Assembly: GCA_002269645.1 (NCBI GenBank)
Contig: NIVC01003632.1
Location: forward strand, 1 to 64,000
Reading direction: 5' to 3'
DNA from: Macrostomum lignano
Lineage: Eukaryota
Length of the DNA: 64,000 nt
Below the pieces are notes generated by a model. That model was not told the origin of the DNA. It saw nothing but the letters and a program-made list of their open reading frames with translations, and made no database searches. Position numbers and translations under genes: made by a program. This document shows positions 13,720 through 25,900 of this stretch, piece after piece. Positions within the stretch are counted from its first letter, which is position 1. Every line of letters starts with the position of its first letter.

Positions 13720-16700
13720 TGCAAAGCACTCGCCAATCATGAACAATGTTGGCAATGAATTGGATCTGCGTGCGCCATGTAGCATCATACATTAATCTAT
13801 TATTTCTAAAGCAAAAAATTATAATGCTGAATTGAAAACCAGAATGCCAGCTGGTATCAGTTGAAAAAAAATCAAAATAAAATCAATAAAAACATCCTTC
13901 TGGGGACCTGTGTGGATGACATCCTATCAAGATAGAGACTTGTGTTTTATATTTTTACAGTTGCTGCTCCCACACTATAATTTTTTGCTATCCTATACTG
14001 TCGCCTTGATGAATCAATTGATAAAAGGGAGATGAAAAATGTTAAAAAATAGGTAAAAGTGAAAATTATTTATTTTTTTTATTATTATTATTTTTTAGGT
14101 TTTACTTTTTTGGCATGCCAAGACAGTTAAGCATGTGGATAAGTATGCTGCTTGAATGGGCTTTTGACTACAAAACAGATTGATTCAATTTTTTAGCCCA
14201 TGGCTACCAGAAGAAATGACAATACTAGTACAAGCAAACCCCCAAGCTCAAGTTATAGAAGCTAAACTATGTCATTCTTCCTTAGCTATCAAAAAGCAAA
14301 AATCATTTGCTTAGGATTCTTTAGCCTAGGATTTGACAAGTCAAATAATCATTTTTAAATTATTATTAAGGTGCAAAGATTTTTGTTATAATTTTCTTCA
14401 TTTTAATCAAATGACAAGCAGCTTTATTCTATTCTTCGAAATACTTTTTAGATGACAAATGAAGAGGCAACCTTTGTATAAGGCTTGAGGCTTGACTTGG
14501 TATAATTCTACCCCCTAACCTTTGTTCTAGTTTTAGCCATATTTTTTAAGGAAATAACATTTTGTCAGATTTCAAAGTCATAAAACTATAAAATAATTAT
14601 CTATTCAATGATATATAATTTATATATAATACTAACAAATATAAATTTGGCTGTCAACTTCTTTGTTTACTTTTTCATTAATTATTCTGCTGTGCTATAT
14701 ACATTTTAAATGTTTCTTGTGAAAGATTAAACAAACAGATTAAGCTAACATTGCTAATACTTTTAGTAAATTCAAATGCAATGAGCATTTTTTGGTTTTG
14801 CATGCAATATTTTGTTATTGATATTTTTAAAAGTGCCTTTTCACTAGTCATATAGAATTTTTTTTTAATCAACTAGGCCCTATATATAAAAATATTTTAT
14901 GAAAATAGTATGATGAATGCAAGCAATGGTCCTAGGAAATATGCATTTGTGTTCTTCATGTTCAAGAGACCTAGAAGTGCAGATTTTGCTATAAGAAGTA
15001 GCAGCAATGAATTTGCTTGAATTTTTACAGTTGCAAATTGAGAAATTTTACTTTTTTAAGCAACATAAAAATTTAACAAAGTTGTCAAATTTTGTGAATT
15101 AAATTTTGTATTAGCTTCTGTATTATCTTTAATATTGTGAGCAAGTAATAGCTGGCAATGCCTGTTTACTTTAATTTATTAAATCTAGTCTGATTATAGT
15201 TCTTATAAAAAACTTTTTTGGAAGGGGAAAGATGAAAAATAGATGAAATAATTCATAGAAAAGTAAATGGTATAGTTGATAGAAAAATTAATAAAGATAT
15301 ATAAAGATATATATATTTCCAAAGCCATGACCCTCAAATTTTGGTAATGCCTAGGATTGGAAAAGATATACATGCATATACCAAGCATAGGCCTACTTTT
15401 AGTTTTAGTTCTAATCTAAGTCTTGCTAGAAAGATTTGCTAGCAAGAAACCTTTGATAAGATTTGGGAGTAGGACCAGTAAAGAATAAGGAATATCTTAT
15501 ATATATACTTAGACTAATATTAATACTTACAAGTTAGAATTAGATCTATACCCAGATTAATATTTAGATAAATGCTAAGAATTATGCTTAGAGGTTAATT
15601 ATAGGCCTAGCAATTACAATTTTGGTGATAGCTATATGAGATTTAATGAGAAAGTTTAGACCTATTAAAACTTGGTAGATTAATGATCCACTAGATTAGT
15701 TCAGTTCTTTATCCAGAAGATTAGTTCAAAAATAGAAACATTTTGGAAGAGTGGAAGCTAACCTCTAACAACTTTGGACTTAGTGGCATAATTGAGATTT
15801 TTGTAAGATAGTACTAAGTAAGACCCATAGTTTGGAAGGCGACATGTACGCCGGGATTTCCTGGCATACAGCAAGGGTCTCACAACTATAACAAGATAAT
15901 AAGATTACAAGAACCAGAACCAGAACTATCAAGATTTTGACTTCGGATTTCGAGTCCTCAGATGACGATTCAGTTTTAAAAAGATAAAAGCCTGAGTCAA
16001 TGTAAAACAAAGTAAATTAAATGCACAGCTTATTTATCGGTGAGAAACGCATCAAAAAATTATTTGCGACTGTTAGTTTTTAAGCTTTGTAACCACTACT
16101 ATCCTTTACAGCTAAAAGGTTGTAGATAGAAATTCCGGGTGCAAACTTAAAAAAAAATTATCCCGATATAATTCTGATAGTTCAACAGAAAATTTGTACT
16201 CCTAGTTTAGAAAATGCAAGATAATTTAGTATGCGCTTTTTCTGTTTCCATCGCAACTAAGTCGGTAAATTTTCCCTATTTTAGACTTTCTGCACTTTAC
16301 CTCACCACAAGTTCTAAATCTTTTAGAGTAGGATGATTTTCTTGTCTGGAATTTCTCTACCCATTGTTTTGTAAATAAATAATTACTTATTTATAGGGCA
16401 GGATTTATAGGAAATTATTTATATGACATAAGTAATTATTTTAATTCAATTTATTGATCCGAGAAGCATCTATAAATGCTATTGTTAAATAAGGCCATTT
16501 TTCCAGGCGTGTATTTATAATTCCTAATCGAGAGTATCTCAAAATACATAAAAGCACATGTGACACGACTAAATTATTGTTTCAAGTATCAGGAAAAAAC
16601 AAGGTACCGACTTACGAGTATCCATGCACTACTAACTACGTCAATAAGCTCGTTATTTCAGAAAGTTGATGGAACATGCATACATGTATGAAACTCAAGT

Positions 16701-17670
16701 TGAGGATATAATTTTTGTCTTTTGTGAGTCTTAATTTATATGCTTAACTGCATCTTGCTTTCTGTTATGGAGCTTACATTCATTAATAGTATCCTTATCA
16801 TTAATAATACAAAATATGAGTACAAGAAATTAAGGACCAAACATGAATTGCACCAAAACGTATACGTGCTTGCGGCGATGAATGAAATTATTGGCAGAAA
16901 GACCATAACGCCGGTAAGAAGAAAAGCACTATGTTTATGCCCGTATTCATAAATGCAATTTAAAACTAAATGCATGTATGCATGTTGATCGGGTGCACTG
17001 AGATACGCTGCCAGCACATTCTGCGCTATAAAGCAGAACAACAGACTAAACTGCCCAATATGAATTTAACGGAGCGCCACTTGTATGTAATTTGCGACCC
17101 GTACAATCAAATGCGCATATATTTACCAAATCTAATATACTAAAAATGAAATGCTTGGTTGCTTGCTTGTAATTGATTTTCTCCCGAACGGCTCAACCGA
17201 TTTTCTTCAAACTTGCACCATTCGATCAGAAATTTTCCCGGGACGGTACATGCATCTTGGCTAAGAAATTGCTCAATTTTAAAGGGATTAAATATTCGAA
17301 AAACATGCTTTTTTGCAAAGGTCAAGCAGCTATTTCGACTTGAAACGCACTGTAAGAATGCTAGCAGAAAAACTGACTGGTTGAATTCTGATTCTGAAAT
17401 AGATTGCATCACAATACACTTTATTTATCGTCTGTGTACTGGCTGAATTTGACACTCAATTGAATTGCGTCACAGCTTTGAGGGTGAAAGTATAGTGCAG
17501 TACTGAATTTATATTACGTAACCATATTGTTAACTTTCATAGACACTGGTACTGACTTGCCTAAGAAATTGATTATGTCATAACTGCTTCGCGTGACTTT
17601 TTACTCTACCTGACTTGGTGTGAGTGTTGAATTAATTATATAAGTGGTACAAATTCACTGATAACTTCGA

Positions 17671-17790
17671 TGAGAGCTAGCCTAGAGCTGAGCAGACCAG
17701 ACTGCTAATGCAGCGACCTGGGTTCGAATCTAAGTAGTTTAAAAGTAGTAGTGTAAAATTTTTTATTAAAAGCTTTTATTAAAGGACTAA
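17671..17790 (+). mobile_element. tRNA(Ser-GCT)-like SINE head, copy 1
   Basis: A-box-like TAGCCTAGAGC, anticodon-loop-like GACTGCTAAT, B box GGTTCGAATC and an AT-rich tail. No complete cloverleaf. Confidence 0.5.
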
Positions 17791-17799
17791 ATAAAAACA

Positions 17800-19715
17800 C
17801 TTAGATTACTGCACTCGATAAGCTAAGGATTATTGCTCTTGGCAAACCAAGGAATACTGCACTCGATAAGCCAAGGATTATTGCTCTTGGCAAACCAAGG
17901 ATTACTGCACTCGATAAGCCATGGATTATTGCTATTAATAAACCAAGGATTACTGCACTCGATAAGCCAAGGATTATTGCTATTAATAAACCATGAATTA
18001 CTGCACTCGATAAGCCAAGGATTATTGCTATTAATAAACCAAGGATTACTGCACTCGATAAGCCAAGGATTATTGCTATTAATAAACCAAGGATTACTGC
18101 ACTCGATAAACCAAGGATTATTGCTATTAATAAACCAAGGATTACTGCACTCGATAAGCCAAGGACTATTGCTATTAATAAACCAAGGATTACTGCACTC
18201 AATAAACCAAGGACTATTGCTCTTGGCAAACCAAGGATTACTGCACTCGATAAGCCATGGATTATTGCTATTAATAAACCAAGGATTACTGCACTCGATA
18301 AGCCAAGGATTATTGCTATTAATAAACCAAGGATTACTGCACTCGATAAACCAAGGATTATGCACTTGGCAAACCAAGGATTACTGCACTCGATAAGCCA
18401 AGGATTATTGCTATTAATAAACTAAGGATTACTGCACTCGATAAACCAAGGATTATTGCTATTAATAAACCAAGGATTATGCACTTGGCAAACCAAGGAT
18501 TACTGCAATCGATAAGCCAAGGATTATTGCTATTAATAAACCAAGCATTACTGCACTCAATAAACCAAGGACTATTGCTATTAATAAACCAAGGATTACT
18601 GCACTCAAAAAACCAAGGACTATTGCTCTTGGCAAACCAAGGATTACTGCACTCGATAAGCCAAGGATTATTGCTATTAATAAACCAAGGATTACTGCAC
18701 TCGATAAGCCAAGGATTATTGCTATTAATAAACCAAGGATTAATGCACTCGATAAACCAAGGATTATTGCTATTAATAAACCAAGGATTACTGCACTCGA
18801 TAAGCCAAGGATTATTGCTATTAATAAACCAAGGATTATGCACTTGGCAAACCAAGGATTACTGCACTCGATAAGCCAAGGATTATTGCTATTAATAAAC
18901 CAAGGATTACTGCACTCAATAAACCAAGGACTATTGCTATTAATAAACCAAGGATTACTGCACTCAATAAACCAAGGACTATTGCTCTTGGCAAACCAAG
19001 GATTACTGCACTCGATAAGCCAAGGACTATTGCTCTTGGCAAACCAAGGATTACTGCACTCGATAAGCCATGGATTATTGCTATTAATAAACCAAGGATT
19101 ACTGCACTCGATAAGCCAAGGATTATTGCTATTAATAAACCAAGGATTACTGCACTCGATAAACCAAGGATTATGCACTTGGCAAACCAAGGATTACTGC
19201 ACTCGATAAGCCAAGGATTATTGCTATTAATAAACCAAGGATTACTGCACTCAATAAACCAAGGACTATTGCTATTAATAAACCAAGGATTACTGCACTC
19301 AATAAACCAAGGACTATTGCTCTTGGCAAACCAAGGATTACTGCACTCGATAAGCCAAGGACTATTGCTCTTGGCAAACCAAGGATTACTGCACTCGATA
19401 AGCCATGGATTATTGCTATTAATAAACCAAGGATTACTGCACTCGATAAGCCAAGGATTATTGCTATTAATAAACCAAGGATTACTGCACTCGATAAGGC
19501 ATGGATTATTGCTATTAATAAACCAAGGATTACTGCACTCGATAAGCCAAGGATTATTGCTATTAATAAACCATGAATTACTGCACTCGATAAGCCAAGG
19601 ATTATTGCTATTAATAAACCAAGGATTACTGCACTCGATAAGCCATGGATTATTGCTATTAATAAACCAAGGATTACTGCACTCGATAGCCAAGGATTAC
19701 TGCGCTTGATAAGCT
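17800..19715. repeat. Higher-order minisatellite of 24-bp monomers sharing ccaaggatta
   Basis: Monomers A (ccaaggattactgcactcgataag) and B (ccaaggattattgctattaataaa) mostly alternate. C (...ttgctcttggcaaa) and the 23-bp D (...tgcacttggcaaa) are interspersed. Confidence 0.97.
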
Positions 19716-19739
19716 TGGCTACATGTATAGGATTATTTC

Positions 19740-19960
19740 TATCCAGGGATGCTTGCTATTTAGGGATTCTTGCTATGTGCAGGATGCTTGCTATCTGGAA
19801 GGATGCTTCTACATTATTTGGGGTATGCTTGCTATCTGCAAGATGCTTGCTATCTGCAAGATGCTTGCTATCTGCAGATGCTTGCTATCTGGGTGGATGC
19901 TTGCTAGGAGTATTAGGGGATGCTTGCTACTGGGGGGATGCTTGCTGTCTTGGGAATATT
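19740..19960. repeat. Degenerate ~18-bp repeat (gatgcttgctatctgcaa)n
   Basis: The gatgcttgcta core recurs with variable spacers. Confidence 0.8.
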
Positions 19961-19989
19961 TTCTATTTAGGGGTAATGACTAAAATTCA

Positions 19990-20090
19990 TGAGAGCTAGC
20001 CTAGAGGTAAACAGACTAAACTGCTAAATGCAGGGACGATGGTTCGAATTTTTAGAGAGTAGAGTTTTTTTAATTAAAGCCTTTTAACGC
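19990..20090 (+). mobile_element. tRNA-like SINE head, copy 2 (diverged homolog of 17671-17790)
   Basis: tgagagctagcctagag...ctgctaaatgcag...ggttcgaat followed by a similar AT-rich tail. Confidence 0.5.
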
Positions 20091-20107
20091 CAAGACAAAA
20101 AAAATTA

Positions 20108-20990
20108 TGGAAGCGTCATGTAAACAATCATACAAGCGTCATGTAAACAATCATAGAAGCGTCATGTAAACAATCATAGAAGCGTCATGTAAAAATCATA
20201 GAAGCGTCATGTAAAAATCATAGAAGCGTAATGTAAACAATCATAGAAGCGTCATGTTAAAATCATAAAAGCGTCATGTAAACAATCATACAAGCGTCAT
20301 GTAAACAATCATAGAAGCGTCATGTAAAAAAATCATAGAAGCGTCATGTTAAAATCATAAAAGCGTCATAAAAAATCATAGAAGCGTCATGCAAGCAATC
20401 ATAGAAGCGTAATGTAAACAATCATAGAAGCGTCATGTTAAAATCATACAAGCGTCATGTAAACAATCATACAAGCGTCATGTAAACAATCATAGAAGCG
20501 TCATGTAAAAAAATCATAGAAGCGTCATGTTAAAATCATAGAAGCGTCATGTAAACAATCATAGAAGCGTCATGTAAACAATCATAGAAGCGTCATGTAA
20601 AAATCATAGAAGCGTCATGTAAAAATCATAGAAGCGTCATGTAAACAATCATAAAAGCGTCATGTAAACAATCATAGAAGCGTCATGTATACAATCATAG
20701 AAGCGTCATGTATACAATCATAGAAGCGTCATGTAAACAATCATAGAAGCGTCATGTAAAAAATCATAGAAGCGTCATGTAAACAATCATAGAAGCGTCA
20801 TGTAAACAATCATAGAAGCGTCATGTAAACAATCATAGAAGCGTCATGTAAAAATCATAAAAGCGTCATGTAAAAAATCATAGAAGCGTCATGTAAACAA
20901 TCATACAAGCGTCATGTAAACAATCATAGAAGCGTCATGTAAAAATCATACAAGCGTCATGTAAACAAGCATAGAAGCGTCATGAAAAAA
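20108..20990. repeat. 23-bp minisatellite (atagaagcgtcatgtaaacaatc)n
   Basis: About 38 copies, decaying towards 21130. Confidence 0.96.
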
Positions 20991-21164
20991 TTATAGAAGC
21001 CTCATATAAAAACTAATGAAAGTGTGTCATTTAAAAAATTAAGAAGCATCATGGAAGAATAAAAGAAGCGTAACGTAAAAATCAAAAGAAGCGTCATGTC
21101 AGACATGAAAGAAATGTCATATAAAAATTAAATGAAGCTATAGTACAGTGCTGTGCTGGGGAGA

Positions 21165-22040
21165 ATTACTGAGACGTCAAGGCTCACAGAGAATAACTGA
21201 GATTACAGGGGGGTTTCTGAGATGTTAAAGCAAAAGTCAGAAGCTACTTCAAAGTACATGTACTTTACTTAAGTTTTTTATTGCATTCTTTGTTGGCTTG
21301 CCACGGTGGGGGGGGGCGCTGATAGAAGAAGAGTCATGTAAAAATAAAAGGAGCACTATGTATACATAAAATAAAAGTCATGTCAAAGTTAAAAGATTCA
21401 TTTGGGAATTGCTACGATGTCAAAGCTTGGAGGGAATCGTTATAGTGCTGTGATTCTTAAAGAAGGAATCACTTAAATGCCAAGGCTTAGGGAAGAAGAA
21501 TTGCTGTGATTTCAAGGCTTTAGGTTGGGTGAAAGTTAGGTTTACGTCAGGTTTGGGTTGAGGGTTAGATTTTAGCGCGTTTCAAGGTTAACAGGGGATT
21601 TTTTAGATTTCAAGGTTTATGGGGGCATCGCTGACATGTCAAGGCTTACGAGGGGAATCTATCTATCTATCTATAGCTGAGATGTCAAGGCTCACGGGGG
21701 AATAAATGAGATGTCAAGGCTAATGTCAGAAGCTACATGTAGTTCATTGGAAAAAAGTTATTACATTATTTGTTGGCTCCTCACGGGAGGGATCGCTGAT
21801 AGAAAAAGCGTAATGTAAAAAAAAAGAAGCTTCATGTCAAAGTTAAGAGATTCATTTGGGAATCCCTACGATGTCGAGGCTTGCAGGGAATCGCTATAAT
21901 GCTGTAGTAGTGCTATAGACTCTTAGAGAGAATTACTGAAATTTCAATGCTTTAGGGTTAGGGTTAGGGTTAGGGTTAGGGTTAGAAAATAGACAGATTT
22001 TTTAAGATTTCAAGGCTTGTGGGAGCATTGCTGAGATGTC
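21165..22040. repeat. Diverged ~450-500-bp direct duplication; the second copy contains (TTAGGG)5 at 21952-21985
   Basis: Shared blocks gagatgtcaaggctcac, cgctgatagaa and catgtcaaagttaa.agattcatttgggaat (21379 vs 21833). Confidence 0.75.
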
Positions 22041-22800
22041 AAGGGGGGAGTTGATATGTTAAGGCTTGTGGGGGGGGGATTGCTGACATGTCAAGGCTTA
22101 CAAGGGTACTGGTAGCGTACTGAAGCATACTGGTAGAAGTAGCTCTGAAAGAAGGCAAGTATGGTTGAATTTCAATGTCTGTTATAAAATTCTGCACAAA
22201 CATGTTTTATTGGTACACATGGAATTAAAATGAGAATTCGATTCCTAGCCCCCCTCCCTAAGAATTTTTTTTCATTTAAAAGGATTCGTCCCTTGCTTAT
22301 TGGCCACCCCGAAGGCCATTTTTTATCAAAAATGATAAAAATAATTTTTATCAAACACGTTGACATATACAGGGCTCTAAACTAAAAACTGTAAAAAGTT
22401 GATAGTTTTGTTTTACCTAAAATGCGTTATTAACGATCTCCAAAAATTCCTATTTTAAGCTTAAGCTTAAGAAAAACACTTAATGTACTCCTGCTAAAAG
22501 GTATATTATATTAGACGAATATTAATTATTTCTGCTCCCCGAAGGGGGGCAAAACTTTAGCTAGTCTAGGCTAAAGATGGTGCATAGCGGGCGCGGCTTT
22601 ATATAGCCAGAGCGTCGGATGCAATACAGTTTTCACCTGTTATGGCTCATTTGCGGCTGCAGCTCGCCCGTTCAAGCACAGTTTTAATCTGCACAGAAGT
22701 TTGTATATTAATAGTATTTATTAAGCTGGCTTTTCAAGCCCTTTGAACCATAAGCGTCTGATTTGGTAGTCAAGAGAGCTGACTGAACCAGCAGACAGCC

Positions 22801-22816
22801 ATGCCGCCACCGCCTC

Positions 22817-22856
<40 letters not shown>

Positions 22857-25133
22857 TCCGCCGCCATCGGGTGCTCCGCCTCCATCGTCAACAGCGGGTC
22901 GAGGAGGTCGAGGAGCCCTCCTAGGCGACATCAGGAAAGGTGCCCGGCTGCGCAAAGTGCCGGAAAGCGAGAGAAACGACCGGAGCGACGCCCTGCCTGG
23001 AGGCGCTGGCAATGGCAAGGGCACAGGAAGGCCTGTCGCTGCTGGTAAGCCAACTCGCGATGCTTTCGTAGCATGGACTGAAGAATGATCAGAGTAGACG
23101 AAGGGTTGGTCAGGTAACCAAGGGTTGGTCAGGTAACCAAGGGTTGGTCAGGTAACCAAGGGTTGGTCAGGTAACCAAGGGTTGGTCAGGTAACCAAGGG
23201 TTGGTCAGGTAACCAAGGGTTGGTCAGGTAACCAAGGGTTGGTCAGGTAACCAAGGGTTGGTCAGGTAACCAAGGGTTGGTCAGGTAACAAGGGTTGGTC
23301 AGGTAACCAAGGGTTGGTCAGGTAACCAAGGGTTGGTCAGGTAACCAAGGGTTGGTCAGGTAACCAAGGGTTGGTCAGGTAACCAAGGGTTGGTCAGGTA
23401 ACCAAGGGTTGGTCAGGTAACCAAGGGTTGGTCAGGTAACCAAGGGTTGGTCAGGTAACCAAGGGTTGGTCAGGTAACCAAGGGTTGGTCAGGTAACCAA
23501 GGGTTGGTCAGGTAACCAAGGGTTGGTCAGGTAACCAAGGGTTGGTTGGTCAAATAACGACTGTACTGAAGGGCCCAAAGCGATTGTCAAGGTACATGTG
23601 TAAAACTAAATTAAATCTTCAGCAAACAACCGAAGATCGACGCACGTCACTGACGACGGAAGCAGCGGGGGCGGCGGATCAGGAGGCGGCGGGTTTCAGG
23701 CGGAGCTGATGGCGCAGATCAAGCGGGCCAGATCTCCCACAGCCTCCAGCGCTGCAGCCAGAGCCCCCGAGCAGGGGGCGCAGCGCTCTGCTGCTGCTTC
23801 GTCGTCGCTGGCGCCGCCGTCCTCAGGATCGAATCTGCGGCACAGCCGCTCCAACGAGGGCTTCCGAGCTTCGCCCAGCCACTTGAGCCCGGAGCCGCCG
23901 CCTGCAGAAGGCCGCATCAGAGCTACAAACTATTTGCAGAGTCCGACACCTCCGGTACCCACGGGTCGAAGGTTTGCGCAAAACCCGCCACCTCCAATAC
24001 CCTCAGTGGGTCGCAAGCCTTCTCGGGCGGGTCCGGCGACACAGCCGCCACCAGTGCCATCGGCTGGGCTGAAGCCTCAGTTAGGAGGTCAGGCGACACA
24101 GCCGCCGCCAGTGCCATCGGCTGGGCTGAAGCCTCAGTTAGGAGGTCAGGCGACACAGCCGCCGCCAGTGCCATCGGCTGGGCTGAAGCCTCAGTTAGGA
24201 GGTCAGGCGACACAGCCGCCGCCAGTGCCATCGGCTGGGCTGAAGCCTCAGTTAGGAGGTCAGGCGACACAGCCGCCACCAGTGCCATCGGCTGGGCTGA
24301 AGCCTCAGTTAGGAGGTCAAGCGACAGAGCCGCCGCCAGTGCCATCGGCTGGGCTTCAGCCTCAGTTAGGAGGTCAGGCGACACAGCCGGCACCAGTGCC
24401 ATCGGCTGGGCTGAAGCCTCAGTTAGGAGGTCAGGCGACACAGCCGCCACCAGTGCCATCGGCTGGGCTGAAGCCTCAGTTAGGAGGTCAAGCGACAGAG
24501 CCGCCGCCAGTGCCATCGGCTGGGCTGAAGCCTCAGTTAGGAGGTCAGGCGACACAGCCGGCACCAGTGCCATCGGCTGGGCTTAAGCCTCAGTTAGGAG
24601 GTCAGGCGACACAGCCGCCACCAGTGCCATCGGCTGGGCTTAAGCCTCAGTTAGGAGGTCAGGCGACACAGCCGCCACCAGTGCCATCGGCTGGGCTTAA
24701 GCCTCAGTTAGGAGGTCAGGCGACACAGCCGGCACCAGTGCCATCGGCTGGGCTTAAGCCTCAGTTAGGAGGTCAGGCGACACAGCCGCCACCAGTGCCT
24801 TCGCCGAGTCTTAAGCCGCGCCCCAAGTTCCAGTCCGGTCAACCGACAGTTGATCGGTCGGAAGCGCCGATCCGCGGTTGCCAGCAGCTGCAGTCGCCAC
24901 CGAAATTGCCGCCGAAGTCGCCCACGGCTGAGCCGCTGCAGACAGACGGTGCTTCAAGAGGCCGACCACCGCCGCCGCCACTACCGTCGAAGTCGCCGCA
25001 GGGCGATGTTCAGCTGCCGCAGGGGCGGGACGGCAGCGCCAGAAGCTGGGGGGAGAATTACCAGTTCAAGCCAGCGGTCATGTTCCCTCGGGTGCAGACT
25101 TTCACGGACTGCCCGAAGGTCAAGCGGCTGTGA
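22801..25133 (+). CDS. WH2-domain proline-rich actin regulator, verprolin/WIP-like; exons 22801-23044 and 23623-25118 (or read-through to 25133), with a possible last exon 25171-25230
   Basis: N-terminal polyproline then WH2 motif RGALLGDIRKGARLRKV. The phase-1 intron (G|GTAAGC...cttcag|CA) keeps the frame. C-terminal WGENYQFKPAVMFP resembles the WIP WASP-binding segment. Confidence 0.8.
23101..23546. repeat. 19-bp intronic minisatellite (aagggttggtcaggtaacc)n
   Basis: About 23 near-perfect copies in intron 1 of the WH2 gene. Confidence 0.97.
24036..24800 (+). repeat. Coding 57-bp repeat, 13 full copies plus a partial copy of QATQPPPVPSAGLKPQLGG
   Basis: In frame within exon 2 of the WH2 gene; copies counted from the translation. 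Confidence 0.95.
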
Positions 25134-25668
25134 ATTGACCACGGCGAGCGGCAGTCTGCCCTGATACGAGTTCTACCAGCCCGGAACAGCGGGTGCGAAC
25201 TTCATGTATTTGCCGAAGAGACTTGAATGATGCTCTCCGTAGGCTCCATAAGATTGACGTTGAACTTGAATTGACCTTGATATTGACCTTTCTAAACTCA
25301 ATGAAGCAAAAGAAACGTTCTTAAAGCTTCCAAGCACTTTTTATTGGTGCCTTGATACACGGGCTCGTGTGTGTTACGTCGTTACTCATTTGATTTGATA
25401 TTTTGGCAACTTTTCAGCTCGGCATGCAGTCTGATTGTCCATCAATATTAACCGATTATTGTCTTTTGCGTTATAATTTAACTTCAGAAAAATAATTTTT
25501 TTTCTTGTGAAATTGCGAAATGCCCAATATTGCTGTTTCCCCCTAATGCTAATATTTTTTGCTGCTGGCAACTTGACAAGCAAAAATATAATCATACCAA
25601 TTAACCGTTTCTCATCGTTTTGCTGCAAAGGCTCATGAGGCGGACTTTTTCATCAAGCGGTCAGTTGT

Positions 25669-25900
25669 CTAAGACCTGAGGGTTTCAAGATCCCGGTAGC
25701 TCATCCCTTGGATCCCCACACGTCCCGACATCCATGTAAGGGTGATTCTGTTGAGCGACCCCAAGTTGTTAATGAGCAGCAGAGATGGCCAATGACATTT
25801 CTTATTCAACGGGACCAGAAGATCTCTGAGATCTCTGATAGCTATATGCATATCCTCTTGGAATTTTACTTGAGGCAGTGAGGCAGTAGAATATGCACTC
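25669..25900 (-). mobile_element. Degenerate RNase H fragment of a non-LTR retrotransposon
   Basis: LGSLNRITLTWMSGRVGIQG resembles the LINE RNase H consensus (...VTLxWVPGHxGIxGNExAD). Catalytic residues are eroded. Confidence 0.45.

Noticed and set aside
17671-17735. Functional tRNA-Ser gene
   Set aside because: The acceptor stem and the long variable arm cannot be formed, so it is treated as a tRNA-derived repeat.
17800-19715. CRISPR-like repeat/spacer array
   Set aside because: The variable parts are only four reused types, there are no unique spacers or cas genes, and the context is eukaryotic.
21952-21985. True telomere
   Set aside because: Only about five units, embedded internally with genes on both sides.
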